Part shown: piece by piece, positions 60,673 to 64,000 of the stretch | Layout: each line of letters opens with the position of its first letter | Numbering within the stretch: position 1 is the first letter of the stretch | Assembly: GCA_034530875.2 (NCBI GenBank) | Contig: JAVRCJ020000014.1 | Coordinates: 64,001-128,000, forward strand | Length of the DNA: 64,000 nt | Origin: Nostoc sp. DedSLP01 | GTDB taxonomy: Bacteria; Cyanobacteriota; Cyanobacteriia; Cyanobacteriales; Nostocaceae | Reading direction: 5' to 3' | The notes under the pieces: model-generated | Told to the model about the DNA's origin: nothing | What the model saw: the letters and a program-made list of their open reading frames with translations, nothing else | Databases searched by the model: none | Position numbers and translations under genes: made by a program

Positions 60673-61038
60673 GGCTAAGGTCTCGCAGAAGAGAAATCTT
60701 AAATATACGTTAAAAATTATGACATAACTGTTAGACTTTTCTATCAATACCAAAAACCAATCAAATACCTGAAATCCATTTGTTTCGTAGATTTCAGAAA
60801 AATCAAACAGATATAATGTAAAAGAAAGTTACGGAAATCAAGGGATTGGGTACTGGGGATTGGGGACTGGGGACTGGGTATTGGGCAAGCACAGAGGTGT
60901 GGGAGGAGCCAGAAGCATAAATTCTCTTTCTCAGCACACTTTTGTATCTCCCCACATTTCCCTATCTCCCCAGTCCTCAGTCGCCAGTCGCCAGTCCCTA
61001 GTCCCAACCAAAATACTTCATAGCGGTAGATACTCATT

Positions 61039-61401
61039 GTGTTTGTCCTCAGCGGTTACGAGTACCTTCTAGGCTTCTTAATAGTCTGTAGCCTAGTTCC
61101 TGCCTTAGCGCTCTCAGCATCCAAGCTCTTACGACCCAGCGGTTACAGTCCCGAACGGCGTACTACTTACGAATCTGGGATGGAACCCATCGGCGGAGCC
61201 TGGATTCAGTTCAATATTCGCTACTACATGTTTGCTCTGGTCTTCGTGGTCTTTGACGTGGAGACTGTATTCTTGTATCCTTGGGCGGTAGCTTTCCACC
61301 GTCTGGGGCTATTGGCATTTATTGAAGCGCTAATCTTTATTGCAATTCTTGTAGTTGCTTTAGTTTACGCATGGCGTAAAGGAGCTTTGGAATGGTCTTG
61401 A
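61039..61401 (+). CDS. ndhC: NDH-1 subunit C
   Basis: YESGMEP and [11 protein letters not shown] motifs. Confidence 0.96.
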   Translation: MFVLSGYEYLLGFLIVCSLVPALALSASKLLRPSGYSPERRTTYESGMEPIGGAWIQFNIRYYMFALVFVVFDVETVFLYPWAVAFHRLGLLAFIEALIFIAILVVALVYAWRKGALEWS

Positions 61402-62126
61402 ATTCTAACTTAACCCAGGACAAAGAGCGAATCATCAACCCCATTGAGCGTCCTACTGTCACTCAAGACCTTTCAGAAAATGTCATTTTGACTACGGTTG
61501 ACGATCTCTATAACTGGGCGCGGCTTTCTAGTTTGTGGCCGCTATTGTTTGGTACTGCTTGCTGCTTCATTGAGTTTGCAGCTTTAATTGGCTCGCGATT
61601 TGATTTTGACCGTTTTGGGCTAATTCCTCGTTCTAGCCCCCGCCAAGCCGATTTAATCATTACGGCAGGGACAATTACTATGAAGATGGCACCCCAATTG
61701 GTGCGTCTTTACGAACAAATGCCTGAGCCAAAGTATGTAATCGCGATGGGTGCTTGCACGATTACTGGCGGGATGTTCAGTGTTGATTCTCCAACGGCAG
61801 TGCGCGGAGTTGATAAACTGATTCCTGTGGATGTGTACTTGCCTGGTTGCCCTCCTCGTCCGGAAGCAATTATCGATGCAATTATTAAGTTGCGGAAGAA
61901 AATTGCTAATGATTCGATGCAAGAGCGAGATAAAATTAAGCAAACTCACCGCTATTACAGCACGACTCATAACCTCAAGCCAGTGGAAGAAATCTTAACT
62001 GGTAAGTATTTGCAGTCAGATACTCGCTCTGTACCACCGAAGGAATTGACAGAAGCGATCGGTATGCCAGTACCACCTGCATTGCTGACAGCAAAGAAAG
62101 AAAAGGAGGAACAACCCCGTGGCTGA
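61392..62126 (+). CDS. ndhK: NDH-1 subunit K
   Basis: GTACCFIE and PGCPPRPE motifs. Confidence 0.96.
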   Translation: MVLNSNLTQDKERIINPIERPTVTQDLSENVILTTVDDLYNWARLSSLWPLLFGTACCFIEFAALIGSRFDFDRFGLIPRSSPRQADLIITAGTITMKMAPQLVRLYEQMPEPKYVIAMGACTITGGMFSVDSPTAVRGVDKLIPVDVYLPGCPPRPEAIIDAIIKLRKKIANDSMQERDKIKQTHRYYSTTHNLKPVEEILTGKYLQSDTRSVPPKELTEAIGMPVPPALLTAKKEKEEQPRG

Positions 62127-62649
62127 AGAAGAATCTAAACCAGTACCAGCAGCTAAAGAAGAGTCATTAGTACAAGCTGGTAAAGTTTCCCAGTGGTTGA
62201 CGGAAAATGGTTTTGGCCATGAGGTTTTGGCACCAGACAAAAATGGGGTGGAGATAATTAAGGTGGAGCCAGATTTCTTACTCCCCACCGCTACAGCCCT
62301 CTATGCTTATGGGTTTAATTATCTCCAGTTTCAAGGTGGTGTTGATCTTGGGCCAGGACAGGAATTGGCGAGCGTGTATCACTTGATTAAAGTCGGTGAT
62401 AATGCAGATCGGCCTGAAGAAGTCCGGTTAAAGGTGTTCTTACCACGAGATAATCCGAGAGTGCCTTCAGTGTATTGGATTTGGAAAACGGCTGATTGGC
62501 AAGAGCGCGAGTCTTACGATATGTTCGGCATTATCTATGAAGGACACCCAAATCTCAAGCGACTTTTGATGCCGGAAGATTGGGTGGGTTGGCCTTTGCG
62601 GAAAGATTACGTCTCGCCTGATTTTTACGAGTTGCAAGACGCTTATTAA
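62119..62649 (+). CDS. ndhJ: NDH-1 subunit J
   Basis: [10 protein letters not shown]...GHP...PLRKDY. Confidence 0.96.
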   Translation: MAEEESKPVPAAKEESLVQAGKVSQWLTENGFGHEVLAPDKNGVEIIKVEPDFLLPTATALYAYGFNYLQFQGGVDLGPGQELASVYHLIKVGDNADRPEEVRLKVFLPRDNPRVPSVYWIWKTADWQERESYDMFGIIYEGHPNLKRLLMPEDWVGWPLRKDYVSPDFYELQDAY

Positions 62650-62817
62650 TTTAGTGCTGAGTTTCGGTAGCGATTAACCCCTTTCCGGTGGCGGAGAGGG
62701 GTAATGTTTTTTTAACGCAAAGGGGCGCAAAGGGAAGCGCGGAGGGGCGCAAAGGAGGTGCGTTGTTGCAAAAGCTCAACGCATGTGGAAGGATGCAATT
62801 ACAGTTTTGTCTTTTCG

Positions 62818-63510
62818 CTACTTTGAAGGCTTACTCAATGCTTTAACAAGCTCATCTTTTTTCATTTTAGTGATGCCAGTAATTCCTTGTTTTTTTGCCA
62901 TCGCTTTTAGATCGGCTGTTGTCATTGTTTTGAGAATACCGATATCAGTAGTTGTATCTGGCATTGGCTGAGGAGTTAGATAAAACACTTGATTTAAAGC
63001 ATCAAGTTTTTTACCTTTGGTAATGCCACACTTCAGATCGACAATTGGATCTAATGTCTTCCAATATTGACGAGGAGCTTCATCTATTCGGTTTGTAGCT
63101 ATAGCAGGTTTAACTGTTTTGAGAACACTATCTGGTTGCTTGACTAAATACTCTAATGCTGCTTTGATTTCATCCCTAGATGCCTTAGAAAGATTGATTT
63201 TTGGAATTTCTTCTCCTGCCAATACTTTTGTGACTTCAACTGTCTCATCACTACCATCGGTAATAATGCACCAAACACGATTTAAGCGAGCTGCTTCTGC
63301 AATTGCATAAATGAAAGAGTTACCAATTACTTGATATTTATCTTTACCAGTTTCTTTCACAATTACTGGAATCCAATTTCTTCCCCCCTTTTGCTTGAGT
63401 AAATTAGCTGAAGCTTTAATTAAAAATTCAGGTGCATCAGTTCCTTCACCAGGGTCAATTTCATCCAAATATAAATGCATCAAGTTTCCAATATCGCTGA
63501 GGCTACTCAT
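62818..63510 (-). CDS. Atypical ParB-like N-terminal domain protein with C-terminal Rho-N-like helical domain
   Basis: NWIPVIVKE...YQVIGN; C-terminal MTTADLKAMAKKQGITGITKMKKDELVKAL. Confidence 0.7.
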   Translation of the reverse strand: MSSLSDIGNLMHLYLDEIDPGEGTDAPEFLIKASANLLKQKGGRNWIPVIVKETGKDKYQVIGNSFIYAIAEAARLNRVWCIITDGSDETVEVTKVLAGEEIPKINLSKASRDEIKAALEYLVKQPDSVLKTVKPAIATNRIDEAPRQYWKTLDPIVDLKCGITKGKKLDALNQVFYLTPQPMPDTTTDIGILKTMTTADLKAMAKKQGITGITKMKKDELVKALSKPSK

Positions 63511-64000
63511 TGTAAAAAATACTCCTTTGCTAAATTTTTGTAATATTCATGAGCAGATTGATCTCGATAAACCGCAGGAATACGCGAGAAAGCTGAACCA
63601 GCTATGTTAGCGTAGCTTGGAACCTCATGAATACGAAGATCTCTGTTGGCATTAGTATACTTGGGATAGAAGTAAGCCAGTAAATCAAATCCCTCTTTTT
63701 TAGCAGTTTTAAGAATGTTATTAATTTCTTTTTGAGCAACTTCCAGCTGGAATGGTGTAATCTTTTCTCCATTGAAAAAAATCGGTAATGGAATGGGGCT
63801 ACCATCAGCTTTTTGAGATTGAACTTCAGGAATGAATTTCTTCATTGCTATTGCTGCATTTTCTAAAGAGAAAAGATTGTTATGCTTTGTGGGAATGAGA
63901 ACGACATCAGCCGCATATACAGCTAGCTGGCTAAATACTCGCCAGTTAGGTGGCGCATCTATCAAAATATAGTCGTATTCTTGTCTTAAAAATTCTAACT
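63507..64000 (-). CDS. ParA/MinD family ATPase, C-terminal part (5' end outside the window)
   Basis: YDYILIDAPP Walker B and AADVVLIP; frame open to the window edge; 4-bp overlap with the next gene. Confidence 0.85.
   Translation of the reverse strand, partial: LEFLRQEYDYILIDAPPNWRVFSQLAVYAADVVLIPTKHNNLFSLENAAIAMKKFIPEVQSQKADGSPIPLPIFFNGEKITPFQLEVAQKEINNILKTAKKEGFDLLAYFYPKYTNANRDLRIHEVPSYANIAGSAFSRIPAVYRDQSAHEYYKNLAKEYFLQ

Noticed and set aside
60744..61072. ORFs 60744-61037 (-) and 60860-61072 (+)
   Set aside because: They are translations of STRR heptamer tracts in the rubA/ndhC promoter region.
1..64000. tRNA, rRNA, prophage or integrase genes
   Set aside because: None were recognised by eye. 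A tRNAscan-SE or Infernal run would be needed to exclude small RNAs.

Overview
This is a chromosomal window of a filamentous heterocystous-type cyanobacterium (Nostocaceae-like), judged by abundant HIP1 GCGATCGC, 7-mer STRR tandem repeats and gene content. Housekeeping blocks are the hemA 3' end, ygfZ, cysK, hfq/dapF, argG, rpsF, psaI, the rubA-ycf48-psbEFLJ cluster and ndhCKJ. It also carries a dynamin-like protein pair, a CHASE3 hybrid kinase with CheR, stress genes and two tandem PhoX phosphatases, each with a Pho box. Two accessory stretches (about 8.0-10.2 kb and 14.3-22.0 kb) hold toxin-antitoxin pairs, a Uma2 nuclease, a wHTH-NACHT-HEAT protein, a DUF559 nuclease embedded in palindromic repeats, and a 21-bp tandem array in front of an uncharacterised gene. 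A ParA plus atypical ParB-like pair starts at the right edge. The most interesting signals are: (1) a repeated architecture of a large N-terminal-HTH protein, a divergent small ORF and locus-specific operator-like repeats; (2) the 21-bp array and its gene; (3) HIP1/direct-repeat-bounded TA cassettes; (4) the DUF559/palindrome association; (5) a YoeB toxin in frame with its antitoxin and lacking a canonical start. All calls come from reading the sequence and recalling protein families. No searches were run.
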